A stretch of DNA of 64,000 nucleotides from the NCBI RefSeq assembly GCF_037042905.1, contig NC_087250.1:14076001-14140000 (forward strand), given 5' to 3'. Below, piece after piece: positions 41,148 to 54,803 of this stretch. Origin of the DNA: Lytechinus pictus. Lineage: Eukaryota. A model generated the notes under the pieces. It ran no database searches. It was not told where the DNA came from and saw only the letters and a program-made list of their open reading frames with translations. The position numbers and the translations under genes were made by a program. Numbering within the stretch: the stretch's first letter is position 1; every line of letters starts with the position of its first letter.

Positions 41148-41731
41148 AAGAGAATGAAACCCTTGAAACCAGCTGAATCCATATCAAAGATAAAAATCAA
41201 AGAAACATATTGTTGAAAGTTTGAGGAAGATTGAATGAATAATAAGAAAGTTATGAGCATTTGAATATTGAGATCACTAATGCCATGTAGATCCTCCCAT
41301 TGGCAATGCGACCAAGATCTGTGATGTCACACACGTACAACTCCCTCATTACTTAAGTACTTATTTCACTTATATTCTCACTTTTATAGAGTCTATCACA
41401 AGGTGAGGTGTTCTGTTTATGAGAGGACAGGTACAGAGGTTTCACAACATTATATCATTGATGAATCGTTTGTCATATGATTAGAATGAGCAAAACGAGA
41501 TGTTTTGGGGTATATTTTCAGTGTCCAAAAGGGGAGAGTTGTTCATCTGTGACATCATTGATCTTGGGCGCATTGCCAATAGGAGGATCTCCATAGCATT
41601 AGTGAACTCGACATTCAAATGCTTATAACTCTTCTATTGCTAGTCCTATTTTACTCAAACTTTTGTTGATCTTATTCTTTGATTTTTCTGCTTTCACAAA
41701 AGCTAACTTGCTCCAAGAGTTTCATTCTCCT
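41148..41731. mobile_element. Kolobok-like MITE, inverted close copy of 36944-37526
   Basis: TTAA flanks. The sequence is close to the reverse complement of the 36.9-kb copy. A third fragment starts at about 43755. Confidence 0.88.
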
Positions 41732-43403
41732 TTAAAGGATATTTGAATGAGTGAATGAATGAATAAATAAATAAACAATTATATTTATTAATTGATTACA
41801 CCCTCGTAGCAAAAACAAAAAACGCCAACCCCCCCAAAAAAAGGGGGGAAACGTGAGTGAGAAAATAAAAATGTATAGGAGAACGTAAGACGAGCGAGAG
41901 CAGACAAGGAATAGTTCAAGGGATCGTCGCAGCTTCTCCCTCCATGCACCCCCCCCCCCGGGGAACGCGTTTAGCGCGCTCAGTGTTTCACACGCTTCGC
42001 GTGCTGACTACCGCCCCCCTTAGTTAACGGGAAGTTTTTTGTTGTGGCCCTCCCCATTTCAGGCAGAAAACGTAAGGAGAGCGGATGCAGACAAGGAACG
42101 ATTCAAAGAAACGTCGGAGCTCCGCAATTCAAAAATTTGTCTCCCCCCTCTCCGTTAACAGGCAGAGGACGTATTAAGATGAGCGAGAGCAGCTAAGGAA
42201 CAATTCGAATAAACGTCGGACCTTCCTCGTTTCTCGCGGGGGGGGGGGGGGGGGGGGTAGGTACACTCCCCTCCCTGCACCCCCCCCCCCGGAACGCACT
42301 TCCCGTGCTCACTACTGCCACCTAAACTGAAATCCTAGTTACATGTATGCAACTAATTATAGACGGAATTACTCGGAAATATTTGGCTCTGCCCCCCTTC
42401 TGATAACAGGCACCTGTTACGCCGCTGCAACGAGGCCTTCGGTCTCGCGGACCCTCGGTCTCGCGGACCCTCGGTCTAGCGGCCTGTCACCCAATTTTTT
42501 ATTTAAAGTCTTTTCACTTACTAATTCTCTATAAATACTAACATCCTCTAAAAGGAAAAGAACAGTCATGTAAATATGCTCCTTTCTGCCTGCATATCAA
42601 TGGCTTTTAACGTTTTTTTTAATATACATTACCATAAGAATTACCATATATTACCATAGGAATTAACATATATTACCATAAGAATTACCATGGCTCAACT
42701 TGCTCCATGTTGGCTGGCTCAACGAACTCCAGTCCTAACTTAACACAATAATTTCGCGTCCACACATTTCTTATGCATCCATCTTGTAAAAGACTGTGAC
42801 AAGAATGAAGATCCATACCTGGACTAACATTGTTGTTCTTATGTCTTTATTATATTTAAAGACGTGTGCGTGTAAAAAGCATTTATCTATTTTACACCCT
42901 TTTCCAAAAAAAAAAAATGACGTGTTCAAGGACACAGATGCCCCCGCTAACGCGATCAGAAATTCATTCAATATGATTGAACTTAATATCGTGCAGAAAC
43001 CAATATGCATATAAACTCCTCAAAAAATTGGAAATCTGACTCTGATCGATTATCCCTCCTCGGTTTTAGTAAATATCCATGTGTAATTAATATCAATGAA
43101 CAGAACATTTCATTTTCTTTAAAATGATACCCTACATGATATGGTTATGGTTCACATGGAAGTGCAGTGCCTTGAAATGTTGGGCAAGATCAAAATTCAA
43201 AATTTGAAAAATTACACACTATTGAAATTCACTGTTCTCTATTCCGTGGTAATGAGTTTCTCAGCGGTTTCTTTTGACTTTGATCGATAATTCCTCATCG
43301 GTTTTAGTAAATATCAATGTGTAATTAACATCAATAAATAGAGTATTTAATCATCTTTAAAATGATACCCTACATGATATGATTATTGCTCACATGGAGG
43401 TGC

Positions 43404-43750
43404 ATGACCTGCGGACTCCGAATTCGAACTTAGCCTGTATTTTGGTGTCATCTACCTACACACCCACATTTTTAAAAACTCTGTTGAATATTTCATAAGT
43501 TATCATGCGGAAACCAATTCTCATATATAATGAGCTGTGACGTTTGACATGCGGACTCCGAATTCGAACTTAGCCTTTATTTTGGTGTCATTTGCCAACA
43601 CACCAATTTTTTAAAATCCGTTCAATATTTTATACGATATCATGCGGAAACCAACTCGCATATTTAATGAGCTGTGACTTTTGACCTGCGTACTCCGAAT
43701 TGGAACTTAGCCTGTATTTTGGTGTCATCTACCTACACAACCAAATCTTT
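43404..43750. repeat. ~140-bp tandem repeat, 2.5 units
   Basis: tgcggactccgaattcgaacttagcct.tattttggtgtcat at about 43410, 43550 and 43687. Confidence 0.85.
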
Positions 43751-44686
43751 TTAAAGGGGAATGAAACCTTTGGAACAAGTAGGCTTCTGTCGAAACAGAA
43801 AAATCAAATAAGAAAAAAGAAAATTTGAGAAAAATCGGAAAAATAATGAGAAAGTTATGAGCATTTGAATATTGCAATCACTAATAGACCGGGGGCTGGG
43901 AGAGTTTATTCAGCTGATCGGGTACATAAGGTTTGATGGTCCCATCATGTTGGTATGATATCAGTGGTCAAGAAAATGTGTTGCTGCCGGTTCATATCCT
44001 GTACGGAAGGCCCAGAGGACCCCATTTTTGTCGGCCATCTTGGATTTTTCATGAAAATAAATTATTTTTATATTTTTGCACAAACAATGGGAAAATATTA
44101 AATAAATACGCATTTCACAATGATTTAGAAATTGATTGCAATCGTTTTCTGGACAGTCCGGATAATATTTTGTGAAAAATATAAGAATTTATGCCAAAAT
44201 TTCCATGTTTTTGGTAAAATATTTTGATGTGCATTGATATCTTTCTGTTTTGTCATTAATATCATCAACTTATGCAAAATAACAGCATTCAACACGAAAG
44301 AGGATATATTAACGACAGGGGCGGATCCAGCCTTTGCCATATTTTCCCAGATCGTCTGCTCGAAGATGATTTTTGGTTTTTCTGAAGGGGTAGTCCTAAT
44401 AGTCACTTTTTAGCTTTATTCTTATTAATCAACATAAATATATAATATCATAACCCTTGTTTATATAATGCGAGCGTGAAGCGCGAGCTAAATTTTTTGG
44501 AAATCTCACGTATTTTTCCAAAAATTTGAACATTCTGGGCAATGTTTGTTATCCTGAAAAAGATGTATATGCAACTAAATGATTACTAAGAATGGAAAGC
44601 GCGAGCAGAAATGAAATGATGGAAACGGTACCTGTTAAAGACTGCATGCTGTTAGCCATGAAAACGTTACATATTTTAAAAATCAA

Positions 44687-47077
44687 ACAAGGCAAAAGCG
44701 ATTTTTTTTGTCTCGCCCACTTATGAAAATAACCATAAATATCGTGATTTGTGAGGGCACGCAACAGAATCGAAACCTCATTGTGAAATGACTGGGATGG
44801 AATAACACTTGTCATAAGAGCCTTTCACGTAAACTTTCATGTTGACCTGAAAATGACCTTTGACCTTACCATGTGACCTCCGACTGCAGCAAAACTTGCA
44901 AGTCGTCTAAGTACATCTACCATCCAAGTTTTGTTGAAAAAGTGACTTACAGTTGCAGAGTTAGGTGTCATAAGAGAATATTGCATGTAAACTTTAACAT
45001 TGACCTAAAAATGACCTATGACTTAACCATGTGACCTCCGACTGCATCATCACATGCAGGTTTCCCAAGTCCATCTACCATCCAAGTTTGGTTGAAAAGC
45101 GACTTACGGTTGCAGAGTAAGGTGTCATAAGAGAGTCTTGCATGTAAACTTTAACGTTGACCTGAAAATGACCTTTGACTTTACCATGTGACCTCCCACT
45201 GCAGCATAACAAAAGTACATCTACCATCCAAGTTTGGTTGAAAAGTGACTTACGGTTGCGGAGTTAGGTGTCATAAGAGAGTCTTGCATGTAAACTATAA
45301 TGTTGACCTAAAAATGACTTTTGACCTCATCATGTGACCTCCGACTGCAGCCTAACATGCAGGTCCCCCAAGTCCATTTACCATCTAAGTTTCGTTGAAA
45401 AGCGTCTTACAGTTGCAGAGTTAGGTGTCATAAGAGTCTTGCATGTAAACTTTAACATTGACCTAAAAATTACCTTTGCCCTAACCATGTGACCTCCAAG
45501 AGCAACATAACGTGCAGGTCCCCCAAGTCCATCTCCCATCCAAGTTTGGTTGAAAAGCGACTTACGGTTGCAGAGTTAGGTGTCATAAGAGAGTCTTGCA
45601 TGTAAACTTTAACGTTGACCTGAAAATGACCTTTGACCTTACCATGTGACATCCGACTGCAGCCTAACATGCAGGTCCCCCAAGTCCATTTACCATCTAA
45701 GTTTCGTTGAAAAGCGTCTTACAGTTGCAGAGTTAGGTGTCATAAGAGTCTTGCATGTAAACTTTAACATTGACCTAAAAATTACCTTTGCCCTAACCAT
45801 GTGACCTCCGAGAGCAACATAACGTGCAGGTCCCCCAAGTCCATCTCCCATCCAAGTTTGGTTGACAAGCGATTTACGGTTGCGGAGTTAGGTGTCATAA
45901 GAGAGTCTTGCATGTAAACTTTAACGTTGACCTGAGAATGACCTTTGACCTTACCATGTGACCTCCGACTGCAGCCTAACATGCAGGTCCCCCAAGTCCA
46001 TTTACCATCTAAGTTTCGTTGAAAAGCGTCTTACAGTTGCAGAGTTAGGTGTCATAAGAGTCTTGCATGTAAACTTTAACATTGACCTAAAAATTACCTT
46101 TGCCCTAACCATGTGACCTCCGAGAGCAACATAACGTGCAGGTCCCCCAAGTCCATCTACCATCCAAGTTTGGTTGAAAAGTGTCTTACGGTTGTGGAGT
46201 TAGGTGTCATAAGAGAGTCTTGCATGTAAACTTTAACGTTGACCTGAAAATGACATTTGACCTTACCATGTGATCTCCGACTGCAGCATAACATGCAGGT
46301 CCCTCAAGTTCATCTACCATCCAAGTTTGGTTGAAAAGTGACTTACGGTTGCGGAGTTAGGTGTCATAAGAGAGTCTTGCATGTAAACTTTAACGTTGAC
46401 CTGAAAATGACCTTTGACTTTACCATGTGACCTCCGACTGCAGCATCACATGCAGGTCCCCCAAGTCCATCTCCCATCCAAGTTTGCTTGAAAAGCGACT
46501 TACGGTTGCGGAGTTAGGTGTCATAAGAGAGTCTTGCGTGTAAACTTTAACGTTGACCTGAAAATGACCTTTGACCTTTCCATGTGACCTCCGACTGCAG
46601 CCTAACATGCAGGTCCCCCAAGTCCATTTACCATCTAAGTTTCGTTGAAAAGCGTATTACGGTTGCAGAGTTAGGTGTCATAAGAGAATATTGCATGTAA
46701 ACTTTAACATTGACCTGACAATGACCTTTGAACTTACCATGTGACCTCCGAGAGCAACATAACATGCAGGTCCCCCAAGTCCATCTACCATCCAAGTTTG
46801 GTTGAAAAGTGTCTTACGGTTGTGGAGTTAGGTATCATAAGAGAGTCTTGCATGTAAACTTTAACGTTGACCTGAAAATGACATTTGACCTTACCATGTG
46901 ACCTCCGACTGCAGCATAACATGCAGGTCCCTCAAGTTCATCTACCATCCAAGTTTGGTTGAAAAGTGACTTACGGTTGCGGAGTTAGGTGTCATAAGAG
47001 AGTCTTGCATGTAAACTTTAACGTTGACCTGAAAATGACTTCTGACCTTACCATGTGACCTCCGACTGCAGCATAAC
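44687..47077 (-). repeat. HINE-like element carrying a ~157-bp satellite array (about 14.5 units)
   Basis: Its end at 44687 is the reverse complement of 40108-39960. GTAAACTTTAAC.TTGACCT recurs about every 155-157 bp from about 44829 to 47011. Confidence 0.92.
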
Positions 47078-49119
47078 CCAAAGAAAGGAAATTCTAAGCA
47101 CTTTTTTTAACATAAACAGAATAGGTATATAACTAAACAATTGATGCGAGCGCGAAGCGCGAGCGGAAAATTTCGAGATTTAGATCTACTGAATGAGACA
47201 CTCTATTCATGTTTTGTAAATCATAACAAAGTTTGAGTAATTGGGGATCTTATGTACATTAATAATGCGAGCGCAAAGCGCGAGCAGAAAATTTTCATAT
47301 GCGTTTTGAACTGATCAAAAAGGTACCTGTTAAGGACTGCCACTTAGCCATGAAGACGTTACATATTTCAGCAATCAAATAATGCGAGCACAGAGCGCGA
47401 GCTGAAAAAAATTGAAATTTCTAAATGATGAATGGAAAATTTAAATCAATTTTTATAATCGTAATTAAGATAGCTTTATAACTAATCAATTGATGCGAGC
47501 GGAAAAAATTGAGATTTAGACCTAAAAACGGGACACTCTATTCATGTTTTGTCAATCATGAATAGAATGAGTAATAGGGGATCTTTCTACATTAATAATG
47601 CGAGCACAAAGCGCGAGCAGAAAAAAATTGATATTGTGATCTGAAACTGGATAATTATTTGAATAGAGAACAAGTTGAGTATCGAATAAACATGCGCGCC
47701 CGTTTCATATTTAGACCTAGAATATAGGCATTCTAAATACATATTTTATCGTGAAAATCAAAGCGAGCGCGAAGAGTGCGAGCGTAATATTTTTGATATT
47801 CCGATCTGAAAAAGAGAGTCAATTTCAGCTCTATATTTCAAGCACTTTGTAGGAAAATTGTGAGTCGAATATTGATCGCACTTAATAAAGAGCTGATATT
47901 TTCATTATTATTACTTTGAGTTTTGACATAGGACAAGCACATCCTTAGGACATAATATGAAAATGAAGACTGTCCTCTTATTCCTCTTGCTAAGCGCGAG
48001 GTGAAACAAAAGGGATGAATTATTAAATTACTATCTTATTCATTAATGCCTAATGAGGGCGCAAAATATGATGGCCTGAACATTGGACATTTCAAGCTCT
48101 TTTGTAATTATATCTAGGATACATCAGTATATATATTATTAACCATTAATGCAAGCGCAAATTGCGAGCCTACATTTTGTATACACTGTCATGAAAAGGG
48201 GATTTTAAGTAGTTTGTTGTATAATCAATATTGAGACATACATAACTCGCCAATCAAAATGCGAGCCTGCAGCGCTAGTTGATACGTTTTGACACTCAGA
48301 CCTGATAAGGGATATTTTGAAAACTTTATGGAATACACGAAAATAATTGGTACCTGATAAATCAAACTTTGCAAGCGCAGCGCGAGCAGAAAATGTTGAT
48401 ATTCAGACCATAAAACAGCAATTTTTACAGAGCCCTTTTTAAAAACCAATTTGTAAATCACACAGAATAATGAAAGTTCGATTTCCGAGATGCAATATGT
48501 TTTGTATATGGACTTCCAAACTTGATATTTAAACTTCATATTGAACAAGATATGTATATCACCTAAAAGGCAATGAGAGCGCGAGCGAAAATTTTAAATA
48601 GTGAACATGAAAGATTTTCCCAATTATTTTCCAAGTCTTCCCCTCATCTTATTTTATTCACTCGTCTCCTTCCTCTTATGTTTCCCCCTCTTTTTTCTCC
48701 TCTCTCTTCCCTTCTTTTTTTTTTAATTCAATTCAATTCAATTTCAATTTTTTTAGCATCTTTAAAAATAAGTGTACATAAAAATCTGACATGAAATACA
48801 AATACATATTGTTTAAAAATGGAGAGATACTCTTACTATGCACAGTGCTTGTAAGCAGGGTCCCAACATACACTAAACATTTGAGGTTAACATTATAAAT
48901 TATACATTATAACATTATAATACAAATTATACATTAAAAATACATATGTAATACTAAACACACACACACATATGTATACACATAAACTAGAGAGAAACAG
49001 AAAGAGAGGGGAGACAGTGAAGATAGAAGAGGTAGAAAGGAAAGAGTCATGATAAATACCATTCACAATTAAAGAAAAGAGAATGAGAATTTGACATCGT
49101 ATAGATAATACATTGTAAC

Positions 49120-50931
49120 TCAGCATGAATTCATTTTAGAAAAGTACAGTCTTTTTAAAGAGAGTTTGAATTTGGAAAGTGTTGAACTTTGTTGAGTAAT
49201 GTGGTCAAGGCTATTCCACAATCTGATATATTGCACACGGAATGAATTCAAGACCATGAAAGAGGAAACCTTGGGTTGATAAAATACTTTACATTGACGC
49301 GTGTTATAATCATATACTGTTGAGTTAAGAGTAAACATATCATACAATATCTTTGGCAAAATTCCAGATTTGTATTTATACATAAAAATAAGGGAATCCA
49401 TAGAAATGAGATCAGATAAAGGTAAAATATTCATTTTGATGAACAATGGCATACTTGGACAGTTATATGGAGATAATGAAATAAGTCTTATTGATTTTTT
49501 CTGGATAATTGATAATTTAGATAGATGACTTTTGAAAGTATGACCCCAAATTGAGTTGCAGTATGTTAGGTGAGGCAAGATTAGGCTATAATACAAAGTA
49601 ATAAGTATGTTTTTAGGCAATATGAATTTAAGTTTTTAAATGATTCCTATAGACCTCGAAACTTTATTACACACATTATTAATATGTGGTTTCCAAGAGA
49701 GGTATTCATTAACTGTAATACCTAAAAATTTTATATTATCTACACGTAATATATCATGACCACCAATAGTAAGATTTGAGAGGTCATTTGGAACCCTCCT
49801 GTTCCTTGTTCTGAAAATAATAAATTTAGTTTTATCAAAATTCAAAGAAAGTTTATTACAACAGAACCAATCATACCATTTGTCAACTTCTTTATTAGTA
49901 ATATATATTAAATCATCAGCAAATAATGAATAGTGGAATAATTTTGAAGAATTTGTAATATCATTTATGTATACGAGGAACAGGAGGGGCCCGAGAATAG
50001 AACCTTGCGGAATTCCATATTTAATAAGTTTACGCTGTGATTGGACACCACTGACCATAACATACTGATATCTGTTATGCAAATAATGTTTGAACCAATC
50101 TAACGCTAACCCTCTGACACCATAAGCGTTCAGTTTACGTAAGAGTATGTCATGGCCAATGGTGTCAAAAGCTTTTGACAGATCCATGAATAAACCAAGA
50201 CAGTAATTGCCATCATTAATTTTTTGTGATATAAAATTTGCAATGTTTAAAACACCCATGGAAGTTGAAAAATTTCCACGAAATCCAAATTTCTCTGGTA
50301 TGAGGATATCATTTGCTTGAAGGTGGGAATATAATCTTTTGTGAATAATTTTTTCTAAAATTTTCGAAAAAAATGGTAATAATGAAATGGGTCTATAATT
50401 ATCCACTATTTGACGATTATCTTTTTGGTAAACAGGTATTATTTTGGATATTTTTAATTTGTCAGGAACTATTCCTTGTGATAAGGATTTATTAAATATT
50501 GCACAAAGTTGTTCAACAAATAAATGAATTGAGTCCTTAAGAACTATGGGGTTCAAGTCATCAAACCCACTAGCTTTTGATGATTTCATAGAAGAGACAA
50601 TTTTTAGAATTTCATAAATAGATGTAGGTTTTAGGAATAATGAAGAGTAACTCTTATCAACAGGCAAGAAGTCATGAAATATGTGAGAAGAGGTAGGTAT
50701 ATTATGTGAAATTCTTTCAGCAATATTGACAAAGTAATGGTTAAAAGAATCTGCGATCACACGAGGTGAGGACATATAAACAGTATCATTATACATTTTA
50801 ATTGGTATATTTTGTCGCCTCTTCCCCAATAATCCATTGATATTATTCCAAGTTTTTTTCATGTCACCTTTGATCTTATAGTACATGTAATGAAAATATC
50901 TCTTTTTAGATGATCTTATAATAGTAGTAAG
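49120..50931 (-). pseudogene. LINE ORF2 3' part: reverse transcriptase and C-terminal domain (deletion after FADD, frameshift near 49630)
   Basis: Motifs NYRPISLLPFFSKILEK, FMDLSKAFDT, GIPQGSILGPLLFLVYIND, LFADD, KFLGI and LYYSLILPHLTYC. Confidence 0.95.
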
Positions 50932-52666
50932 CAAGGCCCTCGCTGCCATTGAGTACGCGTGGCGCTCGCGCCACGCGTAATTCAATTTTGGAGATTTAGC
51001 GCCACGCGTAAATCATTCCATCGATGAAGCGCCACGCCTAAAAATATAGCGCCACGCCTAATTTCACGAGCGCCACGCCTGAATTGCTCGAAGCATTTTC
51101 TACTTCCATGCTCGAAACAAACGCCTGGCTGACCGCTACCATGCTGGCCAGCCCCGGGGATGCCAGCGCGCTGCACCGGCACCCCGTTCACCACGGCACT
51201 GACTGACTCCAGCCACATATTCACCGCCCTGATAGTGTAGGCATGGTGGTGAGCGTGTTTACACATTTTCTCTCAATATACGATGTATAACGGAGGTACA
51301 TGTACACACACAATCAATGACTGAGAAAGAATGTATTGCTCTGAATTCAGTATCCTCGAAGTCTGTGCATGAACAAGTATTTCAAAATCATTTTTTGATG
51401 ATTGTTTGGAGTGACTTGATAAACAATTAACTCCATCAAATGTTATATGTATAATTTTGTTTACCCTTATTTTCCGACCTACCTTTTTCATCTTTGTCAA
51501 GTTTCACAACTTACAGGATGTTTGTGTGTTTTTTTCTTAATCATATTATGGGCCAATAAATTGGCGCGGTTCCAAAATGTTGAGGTGGTGGTCGTGTCCC
51601 CTAAATCAAACGACCTCCCTCCACTTTAAAAATAATAAAAAATGTCATCTCTCATAAAGGAATTTTGCCCCCCCCCCATGAAAAATGACAAGCAAATAAA
51701 AAGTCATCAATTCCAAACTTATTTTTGGTACATGTATGCACACACCCCACCCCTGGATCCACGCCTGTCTGGCCTATAATAGACCTGATATTTTATTATT
51801 GTTTTTTTAATGACTTTAATTAATTGAAATATTGTTATGTCGCTAATCGCTAAATCTATAATTTCTCTTTCTTTGATGGTACCCGTGACGGTAATGAAAT
51901 ATCTGAAGTTCTGAACACTCACAAAATAAAAAACACCAACTTAATTTATACATGCAGTTGGCCTAGCTTTACAGGGTAGTACACAGGTAACTTATATCAT
52001 TTCTTCCCATTTTTTTCTAAAGTGTAATACAAAGAAAGTCGATGTTTGCCATTTTTAGTGTTAGTGGTAAATAGTGTTCGATGGTTGAATGTTATTTGAA
52101 CTGATTTATGAATGTGTAATATTTGGGTTGAGGTGAGGTTTTGGTATTTTTTTTTACCTGCACGAATTGTCAAATCAATCTTGAAACTGAAATATATGCC
52201 TTTGTTTACAATTATTGGAGTGCAACCGAGTTTCGAGTGTTGGATAATTGTAATTTTTTTCAAGCAAAGATAAAGTTATACAAATATCCTTCATTTGTAA
52301 GTGTTTGACAGAAAATACAATGTATAAAATAAGTTGAAAAAGTTTTTACCAAAGTTAACCAATAGAAGTAATAGATCATGAATGCCAATATTTTCTATGT
52401 TCTTACCATTATATTTCATGTCACACAGTTACGCTAAAACAGGCCAACATTAAATAAATCCCAAAATACGTCGTCATCATGAATGCTCAAGAAAACCTCG
52501 ATATCTAAGCAATATTCCTTCAAAGTCAAATAAATCGCCTTTGTGTATTTGATCTGACGGTATTTTCCACCCACACCTCCCAACTAGAATGAAAACCCCA
52601 GACAACACAAGTATCAGATTTTTGATGACCACGTGCTTCTGTGCTTCTGATCAAGATTGCGTAATT

Positions 52667-54803
52667 GGCAGTTTATAATCACTCGCGTCGCGTGCGGGTT
52701 CGTAATCACTCGCGTTTTGAATTTTTGGCGATTTTTTTTTATTTCGGTGCGGTTTTTTTTAACGGTGTCTTCAATGGGACAGACATGCAGGGAAATAAAA
52801 TGAAATTGAAATTCGAGTTTCGTTTTAAGCCGGCAAGTGCCTTGAATAAGATGTAGGCCTACTCGACTACTGTTTTAACATAACAAACAAGCAAATCAGC
52901 CATGTGGCTCAACTAACTTAGAATAGATCCGGACTTCTACTGTGTCTTATAGAAGACTCCGAGTCGGAACTTGCCATATCTGCCACATCGATATTACATC
53001 GTATCACTCCCATATGCGGACATGCCTGCATGCAATGGCCCCAAGGCGGCCAGGCCCGACCGAGTACGGACACGACGTGCATCGGTAGCATGGAGCAAGC
53101 TAGTTGAGTAGAGCTGAGTTAGATCTCACGTTACATATGAGGCGCCGATTGTACCAATATTATATAAAACAATTATTTGTTATATAATCATAATTTATTA
53201 TATAATAACTATTATTTATATATAATTTACATTTTATTTGAAAATAATTACTATTATATAAAATAACATTTCTAATTATTTATATATAATTCCAAGTAAT
53301 ACTTCATTATTTGTAAATAATGATTATTTGTTTTCATTATTCATAAATAATGATTATTTGTTTTTCATTATTTATAAATAATGATTAATTGTTTTTCATT
53401 ATTTATAAATAATGATTATTTGTTTTTCATTATTTATAAATAATGATTATTTGTTTTTCATTATTTATAAATACTGATTGTTTGTTTTTCATTATTTATA
53501 AATAATGATAATTTGTTTTTCATTATTTATAAATAATGATTAATTGTTTTTCATTATTTATAAATAATGATTATTTGTTTTTCATTATTTATAAATAATA
53601 ATTTTTGTGTTTCATTATTTATAAATATTGACACTGCATACTTCATTATTTATGAATAATTGCAATTCGTTTTTCCATTATTTATAAATAAGTTTGTCGA
53701 GTTTTCTATTATTTGTAAATAATCATTATTTAATGTTCGAGTTTTCCATTATTTATAAATAACGATTATTTGTTAAATAATGAAATATCTACCTCACTAT
53801 TTATAAATAATGAAAATTCATCGTGTTTCATTATTTATCAATAACAATTTTGTTTCAATATCCCATTATTTATAAATAATCATTATTTATAAACGATTTT
53901 TACAGTTTGCCATTATATACAAATAATCGTTATTTTTATACAAATAACCATTATTTATAAATAATGAAAAACAAATAATCATTATTTATAAATAATGAAA
54001 AACAAATAATCATTATTTATAAATAATGAAAAACAAACAATCATTATTTATAAATAATGAAAAACAAATAATCATTATTTATAAATAATGGAATGTCGAA
54101 CTAATATTATTTACAAATAATGAAGTATTACTTGGAAATATATATAATTAGAAATGTTATTTTATATAATTATAGTAATTATTTTCAAACAAAATGTAAA
54201 TTATATATAAATAATAGTTATTATTCAATAAATAATGATTATATAACAAATAATTTTTCTATATAATATTGGTACAATCGGCGCCTCATATGTAACGTGG
54301 GATCTAACTCAGCTCGACTCACGTTAGCTTGCTCCATGCTACCGATGCACGTCGTGTCCGACCGCGGCCGGGTCCGGCCGCCTTGGGGCCATTGCATGCA
54401 GGCATGTCCGCATATGGGAATGATACGATGTAATATCGATGTGGCAGATATGGCAAGTTCCGACTCGGAGTCCTCGTATAAGACACAGTTACTTAGAATA
54501 GATCCGGACTTCTACTGTAGAAGTCCGGATCTATTCTAAGTTAGTTGAGCCACATGGCTGATTTGCTTGTTTGTTATGTTAAAACAGTAGTCGAGAAAGC
54601 CTACATCTTATTTAAGGCACTTGCCGGTTTAAAACGAAACTCGAATTTCAATTTCATTTTATTTTTCCAGTACGTTTGTCCCATTGAAGACACCGTTAGA
54701 AAAAAAATCGCACCGAAATAAAGAAAAATCGCCAAAAATCAAAAACGCGTGTGATTACCAACGCGACGCGAGTGATTACGAACGCGAGTGAATATAATAA
54801 GCC
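52667..54803. mobile_element. 2.1-kb foldback element with GGC ends and 8-bp TSD (Merlin- or MULE-like)
   Basis: GCGTAATT duplicated at 52659-52666 and 54804-54811. The arms are reverse-complementary over more than 600 bp around an AT-rich minisatellite. Confidence 0.88.
53305..54125. repeat. 31-bp minisatellite containing the 18-bp palindrome CATTATTTATAAATAATG; orientation flips mid-array
   Basis: Left units end GATTATTTGTTTTTC, right units read GAAAAACAAATAATC. Confidence 0.9.

Noticed and set aside
44829..47077. Regular repeats as a possible CRISPR array (also 55945-57500 and 53305-54125)
   Set aside because: Units repeat along their whole length with no unique spacers, there are no cas genes, and the context is eukaryotic.
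50932..50985. Apparent ATG start of the 449-aa RT ORF (MNYAWRERHAY...)
   Set aside because: The first about 18 codons come from the inserted element's end. The true ORF2 continues from 57647.
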